Source: Imperialibacter sp. (GTDB lineage Bacteria > Bacteroidota > Bacteroidia > Cytophagales > Cyclobacteriaceae). From it: 64,000 bases of DNA. The notes beneath the pieces are model-generated. The model ran no database searches and was not told where the DNA came from. It saw only the letters and a program-made list of their open reading frames with translations. Position numbers and translations under genes: made by a program. The DNA lies in the NCBI RefSeq assembly GCF_048007035.1, contig NZ_CP180355.1, positions 1,387,824 through 1,451,823 of the forward strand, in the 5' to 3' direction. Below are positions 40,169-49,516 of this stretch, in pieces (the first letter of the stretch is position 1; each line of letters starts with the position of its first letter).

Positions 40169-41674
40169 ATGAGGAAAGAATATTGCCCAATTTTTAGTAC
40201 CAGCTCTCTGGTCGCCCTGTTTTTTTGTCAAGTTTTGGTGGGATGCTCACAAAAGAAAGAGGAGCCTCAAAAACCCAACATTGTTTTCATTTTCACTGAT
40301 GACCAGCGAGCAGATGCACTGGGAGCAGCGGGTAACGAAATTATTAAAACACCCAACCTCGATGCACTTGCAGAAAATGGTGTGCGCTTCACTAACAACT
40401 ACTGCATGGGCTCTATTCATGGAGCAGTTTGCGCCCCGAGTCGAGCCATGCTCATGAGTGGCAAAAGCCTTTACCATGTATACGACAAGCTGGACACAGT
40501 CACCACCATGCCGCAGGTATTGGCCGCCAATGGTTACACCACTTTTGGCACTGGCAAATGGCACAATGGTGGCGACAGCTTTCTGGCTTCGTTTCAGCAG
40601 GGAAAGAACGTATTTCTGGGGGGAATGGATGATCACTTCAATACCGCTGTCCGTGACAAAGTGAATGACTCCACTTTTACCGAACCTGTAGAAAAAGGCT
40701 TCTCTACTGATCTTTTTGCTGATGCGATGATAGACTTCATTACCTCACAAAAAGGAGCCGAAAAGCCCTTCTTTGCTTACATTGCCTTCACAGCCCCCCA
40801 CGACCCGAGAAGTCCATTGCCACAATACCTGGAGCAGTATGCGGGAGACACCGTTCCTTTGCCAGCCAACTTTAAGCCCTGGCACCCATTCAATTTTGGG
40901 GAAATAAATGAAATGCAGGTAAGAGATGAGCACCTGGCGCCCTGGCCGAGAGACCCAGGGATGATTCAAGACCAGCTCAGGGAATACTACGCCATGATTA
41001 CCCATGCCGACAAAAGAATAGGCGACATCATCGCTTCGATTGAAGCCAGCGGCTTTGCCGACAACACAATAATTGTCTACGCCGCCGACCATGGGCTTGC
41101 ACTGGGAAGCCACGGGCTGGTGGGAAAACAAAGCCTGTATGAGCACAGCATGAAGGCACCACTGGTTTTCGCAGGCCCTGGCTTGCCAGCCAATGAAACC
41201 AGAGATGCACTGGTTTACCTCTACGACATTTTCCCTACACTTTGCAACCTCACAGGTATAGAACCACCTGAGGGTGTGGATGGGAAAGACATTTCGAAGG
41301 TAATTATGGGCAAAGAAGGAGGTGTAAGAACCTCGCTATTCACCACCTACAGAGGCACGCACCGGGCAGTGCGGGACAAAAAATGGAAATTGATAAGGTA
41401 CCCGATGATAGACCACACACAGCTCTTCGACCTTGAAAATGATCCTGATGAACTAGTCAATTTGGCTGGAAAAAAGGAACATGAGGTAAAAGTGAGGGAA
41501 ATGATGGGCTTGTTAAGCAGCTGGCAAAGGAAAACCGACGACACGCTGAAGCTTACCGCCAAAACCATTGTGCCAATGGAGTACGACCCAACTACCTTCG
41601 AAAGGAAGCCGGACGTGCACCAACCTCCTTTTGTACTTGAAAAATACTTCAAAGAATACAAAGCGCAACCATGA
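40169..41674 (+). CDS. Sulfatase (formylglycine-dependent arylsulfatase family) lipoprotein
   Basis: Motifs include IVFIFTDDQRAD and the C-x-P-x-R formylglycine motif CAPSRAMLMSGK. The start is placed at the internal Met preceding the lipobox (LVGCSQ). The ORF track starts at 40091. Confidence 0.8.
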   Translation: MRKEYCPIFSTSSLVALFFCQVLVGCSQKKEEPQKPNIVFIFTDDQRADALGAAGNEIIKTPNLDALAENGVRFTNNYCMGSIHGAVCAPSRAMLMSGKSLYHVYDKLDTVTTMPQVLAANGYTTFGTGKWHNGGDSFLASFQQGKNVFLGGMDDHFNTAVRDKVNDSTFTEPVEKGFSTDLFADAMIDFITSQKGAEKPFFAYIAFTAPHDPRSPLPQYLEQYAGDTVPLPANFKPWHPFNFGEINEMQVRDEHLAPWPRDPGMIQDQLREYYAMITHADKRIGDIIASIEASGFADNTIIVYAADHGLALGSHGLVGKQSLYEHSMKAPLVFAGPGLPANETRDALVYLYDIFPTLCNLTGIEPPEGVDGKDISKVIMGKEGGVRTSLFTTYRGTHRAVRDKKWKLIRYPMIDHTQLFDLENDPDELVNLAGKKEHEVKVREMMGLLSSWQRKTDDTLKLTAKTIVPMEYDPTTFERKPDVHQPPFVLEKYFKEYKAQP

Positions 41675-43191
41675 TAAATAGCTCCTCAATAAAGGCACTT
41701 TCGCTTGTGACTTTGGTGGCAGCACTTGGCTGCAAAACGGAACCAGCTGAGGAAAGTACGCCTAAACCCAACATCATCGTTATCCTGGCTGACGACCTGG
41801 GCTATGGCGATGTGAGCGCTTATGGCTCCAACACCATAAGCACTCCCAATATTGACCAACTTGCTGAAACAGGCCTCCGCTTTACGCAAGGCTATTGTAC
41901 TTCAGCCACTTGCACACCCTCGAGGTATGGGTTGCTGACAGGTGTTTATCCATGGCGAAATAAGGATGCAAGGGTATTGCCTGGCGATGCACCTGCACTG
42001 ATACGGCCTGGGATGGCAACTCTCCCCTCCCTTTTAAAGAAAGCTGGCTACAAAACAGCGGTCGTTGGCAAATGGCACCTTGGTCTTGGCGACGGCAATG
42101 TAAACTGGAACGAGCGCATTAGCCCAGGCCCAAACGATATCGGCTTTGACTACAGCTACATGATGGCTGCCACTAACGACAGGGTGCCAACAGTTTTTGT
42201 AGAAAACCAAAAAGTGGTTGGGCTTGAAGCACACGACCCATTGATGATCAACTATAAGGAGAATTTTCCGGGGGAGCCTACCGGCAAAGACAACCCTGAG
42301 TTGCTAAAAATGCACCCTAGTCATGGTCATGACATGAGCATTCACAACGGCATCTCCAGAATAGGCTTTATGAAAGGTGGAAAAGCTGCCCTGTGGCGGG
42401 ATGAAGACATGGCTGATGTATTTATCGATAAGGCCAGGGAATTTATCACAGAGCAAAAGGATGGTCCTTTCTTCCTGTACTTTGCATTGCACCAGCCCCA
42501 TGTTCCCCGCACGCCTAACGAAAGATTTGTTGGCCAATCGGGCATGGGGCCACGTGGTGATGCCATTGTGGAAGCCGACTGGTGTGTAGGCGAAATCACA
42601 AAACACCTCGAAAGCCTGGGGTTGTCAAAAAATACTTTGATCGTCTTTTCGAGCGATAATGGGCCTGTAATAGACGACGGATATGAGGATCAGGCTGTAG
42701 AACTTCTCGGCGATCACCAGCCATTGGGCCTGCTTAGAGGCGGAAAATACAGCCTGTTCGATGGTGGTACGAGGGTTCCATTTATTGTCAGCTGGCCGGG
42801 GACAGTTAAGGCTGGCGTTTCGGATGCTTTGGTTTGCCAGGTCGACCTGCCAGCCTCCCTTTCATCGTTGGTAGGTGTAACGGCGGATTCCGGCACCATT
42901 GCCGACAGTAAAAACGTGATGGATGCGTTGCTTGGGAAATCTGATATGGGCCGAAGCTCTCTGGTTCTGCATGCATCGGGCACGCAAGCAATTCGTAACC
43001 TGAAGTGGTACCTCATTCCTCCACATGATGGCCCGGCAATTTACCAGCACACCAACACAGAGTCAGGGCGTGACACAGCTATGCAACTCTATCAGATATC
43101 AGACCCCGGCCAAAAGATAAATGTAGCTGTCGAAAATCCTGAGGCCGTGGCAGAATTGGAGGCACTGCTGCTGGCGGAAAAGAACAAATAA
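41671..43191 (+). CDS. Sulfatase (arylsulfatase A-like)
   Basis: Motifs include IIVILADDLGYGD and CTPSRYGLLTG (C-x-P-x-R). It is translationally coupled to the upstream sulfatase. Confidence 0.9.
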   Translation: MINSSSIKALSLVTLVAALGCKTEPAEESTPKPNIIVILADDLGYGDVSAYGSNTISTPNIDQLAETGLRFTQGYCTSATCTPSRYGLLTGVYPWRNKDARVLPGDAPALIRPGMATLPSLLKKAGYKTAVVGKWHLGLGDGNVNWNERISPGPNDIGFDYSYMMAATNDRVPTVFVENQKVVGLEAHDPLMINYKENFPGEPTGKDNPELLKMHPSHGHDMSIHNGISRIGFMKGGKAALWRDEDMADVFIDKAREFITEQKDGPFFLYFALHQPHVPRTPNERFVGQSGMGPRGDAIVEADWCVGEITKHLESLGLSKNTLIVFSSDNGPVIDDGYEDQAVELLGDHQPLGLLRGGKYSLFDGGTRVPFIVSWPGTVKAGVSDALVCQVDLPASLSSLVGVTADSGTIADSKNVMDALLGKSDMGRSSLVLHASGTQAIRNLKWYLIPPHDGPAIYQHTNTESGRDTAMQLYQISDPGQKINVAVENPEAVAELEALLLAEKNK

Positions 43192-43386
43192 AAAAAGCCC
43201 GGCGCTCTAAAAGATCACCGGGCTACCAAACCTAATCAACCGTGCAACGTTAAACGTTGCTGCCCCCGAAAGGGCATTACCAAACTTGGCTTGCAAAGTA
43301 GTTAATAGCAAAAATGTGTCTGCTATACACATTGTAAAAAATTGTCATAGAACCGTCTCCCGGGGTCACAATTAGGTCTGTCGCTT

Positions 43387-44190
43387 ATGACACATTTAAA
43401 AAACTGCCAGATACCAGAGCAACTCCGTCCCTTTGTTAAGGCGATTTACCTGATGCAGGCGCCTGGCACGTGGGAGCCCCCTCCCCATTCACGAGTACTT
43501 CCCGACGGATGTGTTGAACTGTTCGTCAATATTGGCGACACCGCCGATTCATTTGAGGTGAATGGACGAAAAATAAATGGCAGTAGCTTCATCACGTCCC
43601 GAATGAACTGCTTTATGGATATTTCCAGCCCGAAACAGGTTCACTTTATTACCGTATGGTTTTATCCGGGTCGATCCTGGCCTTTTTTCGATGTTCCAAT
43701 GTCAATTGTAGCCAACCAAACAGTGTGTTTGAGCGATATTGGTAAATCGCAGGCTGAAGCGGCGAAAGAGATGGAACAAAGAGTCGAGGCTACTTTGTCC
43801 GACGAGGAGAAGGTGCAAGTCGTTCAGGAGTTTCTTATTGAGAAATTGAGTCGAAACTATAGAGCTGAAGAGTCATTTCAATCCACTCTGACACTCATTG
43901 AAAAATCGCTGGCCCAGGTCAGCGTCGACTCGATAGCCAGGGCGGTAGGGCTCAGCCATCGGCAATTACTTAGAAAGTATGACCAGTGTTTGGGCTTGGG
44001 GCCAAAAGAATACATTAAAATGAGAAGATTTCTCTCAGCTTCTGAGTTGTTGAAAGTGGCCAAATGGAGTCTCACAGACGTCGCCTACGAAACCGGGTAT
44101 TTCGACCAGGCGCATTTTATCCACGACGCAAAACAGTTTTCCGGGATGACGCCAGGCGAATTGCGCCAGGCAAAAAATGTACTTTTCTGA
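43387..44190 (+). CDS. AraC-family transcriptional regulator
   Basis: The C-terminal AraC-type double HTH is present (DVAYETGYFDQAHFIHDAKQFSGMTPGELR). Confidence 0.85.
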   Translation: MTHLKNCQIPEQLRPFVKAIYLMQAPGTWEPPPHSRVLPDGCVELFVNIGDTADSFEVNGRKINGSSFITSRMNCFMDISSPKQVHFITVWFYPGRSWPFFDVPMSIVANQTVCLSDIGKSQAEAAKEMEQRVEATLSDEEKVQVVQEFLIEKLSRNYRAEESFQSTLTLIEKSLAQVSVDSIARAVGLSHRQLLRKYDQCLGLGPKEYIKMRRFLSASELLKVAKWSLTDVAYETGYFDQAHFIHDAKQFSGMTPGELRQAKNVLF

Positions 44191-44251
44191 TGTCCGATTT
44201 TTACAATTCAAGTAACAACAGCTTACCGACCTTTGTCAAAAAACTTAAATT

Positions 44252-44788
44252 ATGCGCAAAGTAAATCTCTACATCGCTATGAGTCTCGATGGCTACATCG
44301 CCAAAGAAGACGACAATATTGATTTTCTGTCACAAGTACAGGTGCCTGGTGAGGACTATGGCTATGCGGAATTCACCGCTGGCATCGACACGGTCATTTG
44401 GGGCAGGAAGACATACGACAAAGTATTATCATTTGGAGGAGACTTTCATCACAAGGACAAAAAGGTGTGGGTGCTATCCAATAGCAGAACCGGCAAGGAT
44501 GAAAACGTTGAGTACTTTAATGACTTGGCGGCTCTCATTAAAAAACTCAAAAAGGAAAAGGGCAAGGACATCTACTGCGACGGTGGTGGCGACCTGGTGT
44601 TTGAACTGCTCAAGCACTCTTTCATTGACAGGGTAATCGTTTCGGTCATTCCGCATTTGCTGGGTAACGGCATTAGATTGTTTAAAGACGGCCGCCCGGA
44701 GCAAAACCTGACTTTCAAAAAAAGTCTGACTTTCCCCTCGGGGCTGGTGCAGCTATGGTACGATAAAAAGGAAAACAAAAAGGTGTAA
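44252..44788 (+). CDS. Dihydrofolate reductase-family (RibD C-terminal-like) protein
   Basis: Motifs include YIAMSLDGYIA and DTVIWGRKTY. The size is about 178 aa. Confidence 0.7.
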   Translation: MRKVNLYIAMSLDGYIAKEDDNIDFLSQVQVPGEDYGYAEFTAGIDTVIWGRKTYDKVLSFGGDFHHKDKKVWVLSNSRTGKDENVEYFNDLAALIKKLKKEKGKDIYCDGGGDLVFELLKHSFIDRVIVSVIPHLLGNGIRLFKDGRPEQNLTFKKSLTFPSGLVQLWYDKKENKKV

Positions 44789-44856
44789 TGCTTTGGGCTG
44801 CAGTCCCTTGCATTTAAAGTAGATTTTTCTTAGTTCCCCAATCAAAATACATCACT

Positions 44857-45282
44857 ATGGCCTACGAATTAAAAACAAAAGTCAACGATGTAAGCGTGGA
44901 AGGCTTTCTCGACAAAGTGGAAGATGAGAAAAAACGAAATGATGCCTTTGAGGTGCTGAAGCTGATGAAGGAGGTGACTGGCGAAAAACCAAAGATGTGG
45001 GGGTCATCTATAGTTGGTTTTGGCACCTATCGCTACAAATATGCCAGTGGACAGGAAGGTGATTGGATGATAACAGGCTTCTCGCCAAGAAAAACGAGCC
45101 TTACGCTCTATATCATGCCAGGCTTTGGGCGGTACGAAGAGCTGATGCAGAAGCTCGGAAAGTACAAAACCGGGAAGTCTTGTCTCTATATCAATAAGTT
45201 GACTGATGTAGATGTTGACGTTCTAAAGACGCTGGTCAAAGAGTCGGTGGATTATATGAATAAGAAGTATAACTCTGCCTAA
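44857..45282 (+). CDS. DUF1801 (YdhG-like) small protein
   Basis: The 141-aa ORF, with its length and its pattern of conserved Gly and aromatic residues, is consistent with DUF1801. Confidence 0.5.
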   Translation: MAYELKTKVNDVSVEGFLDKVEDEKKRNDAFEVLKLMKEVTGEKPKMWGSSIVGFGTYRYKYASGQEGDWMITGFSPRKTSLTLYIMPGFGRYEELMQKLGKYKTGKSCLYINKLTDVDVDVLKTLVKESVDYMNKKYNSA

Positions 45283-45382
45283 TATTCTCTTCGATCGAAC
45301 GAAAGAAAAATAAAACGAAAAGAAGATTGATAAACATCAAATCTACAACTACTTTTCCGTCAATTTTTCTAGCCCTGTCATC

Positions 45383-47746
45383 ATGATTAATAAACGAGTT
45401 CTTGTTTGGCACTGTGTGTCTATTCTATTCCTTGCAAGTATATTCTTTATTGTTTCATGCGGTCAAGAAGACCCAGAGCCCGTTCCGGTAATCTCTAGCT
45501 TCAGCCCAGACAACGGGATTGCGGGAGACACTGTGACCATTTTGGGTGAAAACTTTAGCAATTTAGCAGAAGAAAATATTGTAAAGCTCAATGAAACTAC
45601 AGCAACTGTAATTTCGGCAACCCCCACGGGCTTAGTAGTTAGGGTGCCTGCCACTGCTTCTACCGGGAAAATATCTGTCACCGTAAATGGTCAGACTGGC
45701 ATTTCTGATATTGCCTTCACAGTGTTCCAGTCTCCAGAAATAGCCAGCTTTTCGCCATCATTTGGGCCGAGTGGGTCAGAAGTAACAATCACTGGAAAAA
45801 ACTTCAGTTCAGCCCCAGAAGAAAATTTGGTTACACTTGGTGGCATTCCGGTTACGATAGTATCTTCAACCGAAACTACCTTAAATATTATAGTGCCTGA
45901 GGAAGCAATAACTGGAAAGTTCGAACTAACTGTACATGAACTTTCTACAAATTCAGTGGAAGAATTCATCGTCCCACCAATAGTTGAAAGCTTTACTCCA
46001 AAAAATGGAACCATAGGGTCCACCATTGAAATAACTGGGTCAGGTTTCAGTCCTGAGCCATCCAAAAACATTGTAATGTTCAATGGGGTAGCTGCAACTG
46101 TCTCGTCCTCAACTGCTAAGTCAATACTTGTGGTGGTGCCCGAACTGGCAGCGACTGGAAAAATCACTGTCACGGTTAGCAGTCATACTGTTATTTCTCC
46201 CGAAGATTTTGCTGTACTACCAATGATAAGCACATTCTCACCTTCGGTTGGTGCAGTCGGGGCAACTGTGACAATTACTGGGTCAGGGTTTAGCATTTCG
46301 CCCACCGGAAACTCGGTGAATATCAATGGAGTGCCTGCGATTGTCAGCCAAGTGAGTGCGACAACGATAACTTTCAAAATTCCTGAGACAGCCACTTCCG
46401 GACAAATTACAGTGACAACAGAAAGTAATTCGACAACAAGTACGGCGACATTTGAAGTAGTCATTGAAGCCGCCGCCGGTGGTGGCGATTATGATATGGG
46501 CAACAGTATTGGAGTTGATAGTTTCGGTAATACGTATATAGTTGGCTCATTCAGAGGATCCGCAGGTTTTGCAGGAACCTTGTTAAGCTCTTTTGGGTCG
46601 GACGACATCTTTGTCGCAAAATACAATTCCAATTGTGACCTGACTTGGGTAAAGCAAATAGGAGGCGCAGATTCCGATATCCCGGCAACAATTGTTGTTG
46701 ACCTGTTGGGCAATTTATATGTGGCAGGAAGAATTTTTAACCAAGCGTCGTTTGGGGGAATTGTGAAAGGGGAATCGGGCAGCAATCTGTTTGTGACAAA
46801 ATTAAATACATCAGGAGATGTAGCGTGGGTCAAAACCTTTGTCTCCAATAGTTCACAGGTTCCTTCTTTTAGTTCAATGGTATCAGATCTAGCTGGAAAT
46901 CTATATTTAGCCGGGTTCTTCGCAGAGTCAATTTCAGTTGGATCATCCAGTTTGATTTCTAACGGCGGCACCGACCTATTGATTATGAAGTTGAATTCTG
47001 CGTCTGGAGATTTATTGTGGGCAAAAAATATGGGGGGAGATTCTGACGACTTTGGAAGTGCTATTGAAATTAATGCCAACGATGAGTTATTCCTGGCTGG
47101 TGCGTTTTTTGAAACTACTCATTTAGGGGACAAATCTCTTACGTCACTCGGTTCTTTGGATGCATTTGTTGCAAAGCTCGATGCAGAGGGGAATCCGATT
47201 TGGGTAAAACAACTTGGGGGTGGTAACTATGATAATATTTACTCTTTAGCGGCTGATAGTCAGGGGAACCTTTACGGGGTAGGATACTTTACGGGATCAG
47301 CCACAATTGCTTCAGCCCCTATTGTTGCTCAAGGAAACGAAGATATCCTCATTGCTAAATTTGCGACTTCTTCGGGCGATCTAGTTTGGGTGAAAACTGA
47401 AGGAGGGTATAATTACGACAACGCTCGATCCGTTGACCTCGATAATAACGGGAATATTTATGTAACTGGATACTTCTCAACCAGCGCCTTTGACGATTTT
47501 GGTCTCACTACAGAAATGAACAGTCGTGATGCCTTTGTAGCCAAATACAATCCGAGTGGGGAAATTCTATGGGCTCAAAAAGCTGGCGGACCGGAAGATG
47601 ACTATGGTCAGGCTTTGGCTGTTGGAGCTAACGGTATTGTCCACATTACCGGAAGCTTTACTGAAACAGTTACATTTGGATCTACTGCATTAACAAGTTT
47701 TGGAGGAAGCGATATCTTTCTTTGGAAAATATGGCAAGGAGAATAA
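45383..47746 (+). CDS. Cell-surface lipoprotein with about 5 IPT/TIG domains followed by SBBP beta-propeller repeats
   Basis: There is a lipoprotein signal, five ~83-aa repeats of the F(S/T)P..G..G..VTI.G.NFS type, and then repeated DxxGNxYxxGxF.. blades (SBBP-like). Confidence 0.75.
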   Translation: MINKRVLVWHCVSILFLASIFFIVSCGQEDPEPVPVISSFSPDNGIAGDTVTILGENFSNLAEENIVKLNETTATVISATPTGLVVRVPATASTGKISVTVNGQTGISDIAFTVFQSPEIASFSPSFGPSGSEVTITGKNFSSAPEENLVTLGGIPVTIVSSTETTLNIIVPEEAITGKFELTVHELSTNSVEEFIVPPIVESFTPKNGTIGSTIEITGSGFSPEPSKNIVMFNGVAATVSSSTAKSILVVVPELAATGKITVTVSSHTVISPEDFAVLPMISTFSPSVGAVGATVTITGSGFSISPTGNSVNINGVPAIVSQVSATTITFKIPETATSGQITVTTESNSTTSTATFEVVIEAAAGGGDYDMGNSIGVDSFGNTYIVGSFRGSAGFAGTLLSSFGSDDIFVAKYNSNCDLTWVKQIGGADSDIPATIVVDLLGNLYVAGRIFNQASFGGIVKGESGSNLFVTKLNTSGDVAWVKTFVSNSSQVPSFSSMVSDLAGNLYLAGFFAESISVGSSSLISNGGTDLLIMKLNSASGDLLWAKNMGGDSDDFGSAIEINANDELFLAGAFFETTHLGDKSLTSLGSLDAFVAKLDAEGNPIWVKQLGGGNYDNIYSLAADSQGNLYGVGYFTGSATIASAPIVAQGNEDILIAKFATSSGDLVWVKTEGGYNYDNARSVDLDNNGNIYVTGYFSTSAFDDFGLTTEMNSRDAFVAKYNPSGEILWAQKAGGPEDDYGQALAVGANGIVHITGSFTETVTFGSTALTSFGGSDIFLWKIWQGE

Positions 47747-48095
47747 CTCAATTTTCGAAGAGCCCATTACTCAAGGTCAATAACACCACTTCACCACCCT
47801 TACCTCCTCAGCAGGCATTGCTCCTGCTTCTTTTGAGCCTCTTTGCCAGCACCACATCGCCAGTTGAATCATGGTAAGCCGCAAGCTGCCGATCCTTGTC
47901 ACTGCCAATGGAGTTGGTGCGAAAGGTACCGGCGTTGACAGAGGTACTTGCCCATCCGGGGCCAAGAACGGTTTCGGCGATGTGGGCCTGGCAAGCAACT
48001 ATCAATAGAGTTATTTCTACTCTTGGAGATACTCTCGGCATATCGGGAGTCGTTACTGGACTAAATTATGAGAGAAAAATATTTGTTATATTTAC

Positions 48096-48428
48096 ATGCG
48101 ACGGATGAAAATCATCAAGGATCATATTGACGAAATATCCACCCTATGCAAAAAGCACAAGGTAATTGAGCTGTTCGCCTTTGGTTCCATACTATCAGAC
48201 TCTTTTGATGCTGACAGTGATGTCGATTTTCTGGTGAAGTTTGGTGATGTGAATTTGGCCGACTATTTCGACAACTATATGAACCTGAAAGAATCTTTGG
48301 AATCTCTACTCGGCAGAAAAGTGGATCTTTTAGAAGTCCAAACCCTTCGGAATCCTATTCTAATTAAATCTATCAATAGAACCAAGGCGCTGGTTTATGG
48401 ACGAAAAGGTACTGAAGTGGCTATATGA
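48096..48428 (+). CDS. mntA: MntA-type minimal nucleotidyltransferase (antitoxin of a HepT/MntA type VII toxin-antitoxin pair)
   Basis: The motif GSILSDSFDADSDVD matches GSx(9-10)DxD. The 110-aa ORF overlaps the downstream HepT gene by 32 nt. Confidence 0.8.
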   Translation: MRRMKIIKDHIDEISTLCKKHKVIELFAFGSILSDSFDADSDVDFLVKFGDVNLADYFDNYMNLKESLESLLGRKVDLLEVQTLRNPILIKSINRTKALVYGRKGTEVAI

Positions 48429-48747
48429 CATTGATGGCTCCATCAATGAAATTGAAAGCTATTTCGACGGGCAAGCACACGACTTTATCAGCTACCAAAG
48501 AAATCTTCTTTTGAAGAGAGGTGTCGAGAGAAATCTGGAAATTATTGGCGAAGCCGTTCGAAGGGTTCTTGACAAGGAGCCCGAATTCCCAATCACAAAT
48601 GCTATCAGAATCGTTGGGTTGAGAAATCAAATCATTCATTCCTACGATAATATCTCCGATGAAAACATTTGGGCTATTTTGACAAAACACCTCCCCTTGC
48701 TAAAGTCCGAAATCAAACGCCTGATAAAAGATGCGGATATGGACTAA
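48397..48747 (+). CDS. hepT: HepT-like (DUF86) HEPN ribonuclease toxin
   Basis: The R-x4-H-x-Y HEPN motif RNQIIHSY is present. The ORF is 116 aa. Confidence 0.8.
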   Translation: MDEKVLKWLYDIDGSINEIESYFDGQAHDFISYQRNLLLKRGVERNLEIIGEAVRRVLDKEPEFPITNAIRIVGLRNQIIHSYDNISDENIWAILTKHLPLLKSEIKRLIKDADMD

Positions 48748-48820
48748 TGCCAACCTTTTGTCCCAACCCCGACCTCCCAATCCAATCCATTCCCTATTTT
48801 TGCATGTAAATCAACCGTAA

Positions 48821-49516
48821 GTGCGCCAACCCAATATCAAAGTCATCATTCCTGCCTTCAATGAGCAGAACGCCGTAGGTATGGTGATTGACGAGATCCC
48901 TAAAGCCCTGGTATCCGAAATCATCGTAGTCGACAATGGCTCAACGGACGACACCTTTGGCCAGGCGCAGTCAAGGGGTGCAACAGCCCTGAGAGAAGAA
49001 AAAAGAGGCTACGGCAACGCTTGTCTTTGCGGCTTGCAGCACATCGGAAACCAGGTCAACGACCTGCCGGATATAGTGGTGTTTCTTGATGGTGACCACT
49101 CCGACTATCCTGAAGAAATGTACCAACTGGTGCAGCCGATTATAGATGGCAAGGCTGACCTCGTGATCGGCTCCAGAGCGCTTGGCAAAAAAGAAAAGGG
49201 ATCCATGACACCCCAGCAGGTGTTTGGCAACTGGCTGGCCACCACCCTCCTCCGCTGGTTTTACGGGGTGCAGTTTACTGACCTTGGACCTTTCCGAGCT
49301 GTGAAATATGAAAGCCTGCTGCGCATTAACATGCAGGACAAAACGTATGGCTGGACTGTAGAAATGCAGCTAAAAGCGGCTAAATTGGGGATGCCAACCA
49401 CCGAGGTACCGGTAAACTATCGGCAGCGCATTGGTGTTTCCAAAGTGTCGGGCACGGTAAAAGGCACGTTCGGCGCAGGCTACAAAATACTTTGGACAAT
49501 CTTCAGGTACTTATGA
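48821..49516 (+). CDS. Family 2 glycosyltransferase (DPM1/GtrB-like, TIGR04283-like size class)
   Basis: The GT-A N-terminus IKVIIPAFNEQ and a DxD-like VVFLDGDHSD are present. A GTG start is inferred. Confidence 0.8.
   Translation: MRQPNIKVIIPAFNEQNAVGMVIDEIPKALVSEIIVVDNGSTDDTFGQAQSRGATALREEKRGYGNACLCGLQHIGNQVNDLPDIVVFLDGDHSDYPEEMYQLVQPIIDGKADLVIGSRALGKKEKGSMTPQQVFGNWLATTLLRWFYGVQFTDLGPFRAVKYESLLRINMQDKTYGWTVEMQLKAAKLGMPTTEVPVNYRQRIGVSKVSGTVKGTFGAGYKILWTIFRYL

Noticed and set aside
43192-43230. Hairpin AGCCCGGCGCTCTAAAAGATCACCGGGCT after the second sulfatase
   Set aside because: It has no T-run on the plus strand. The T-run is only on the minus strand, where no upstream gene exists. It may be a weak or bidirectional terminator but was not called.
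45463-47079. Minus-strand ORFs of 72-196 aa inside the IPT/TIG-SBBP gene
   Set aside because: They are antisense to repetitive coding sequence with no independent support.
47777-48108. Three overlapping 60-77-aa ORFs in the GC-rich spacer before mntA
   Set aside because: They overlap one another on both strands and have no motif or start context. I treat them as non-coding or a gene remnant, discussed in the TA finding.
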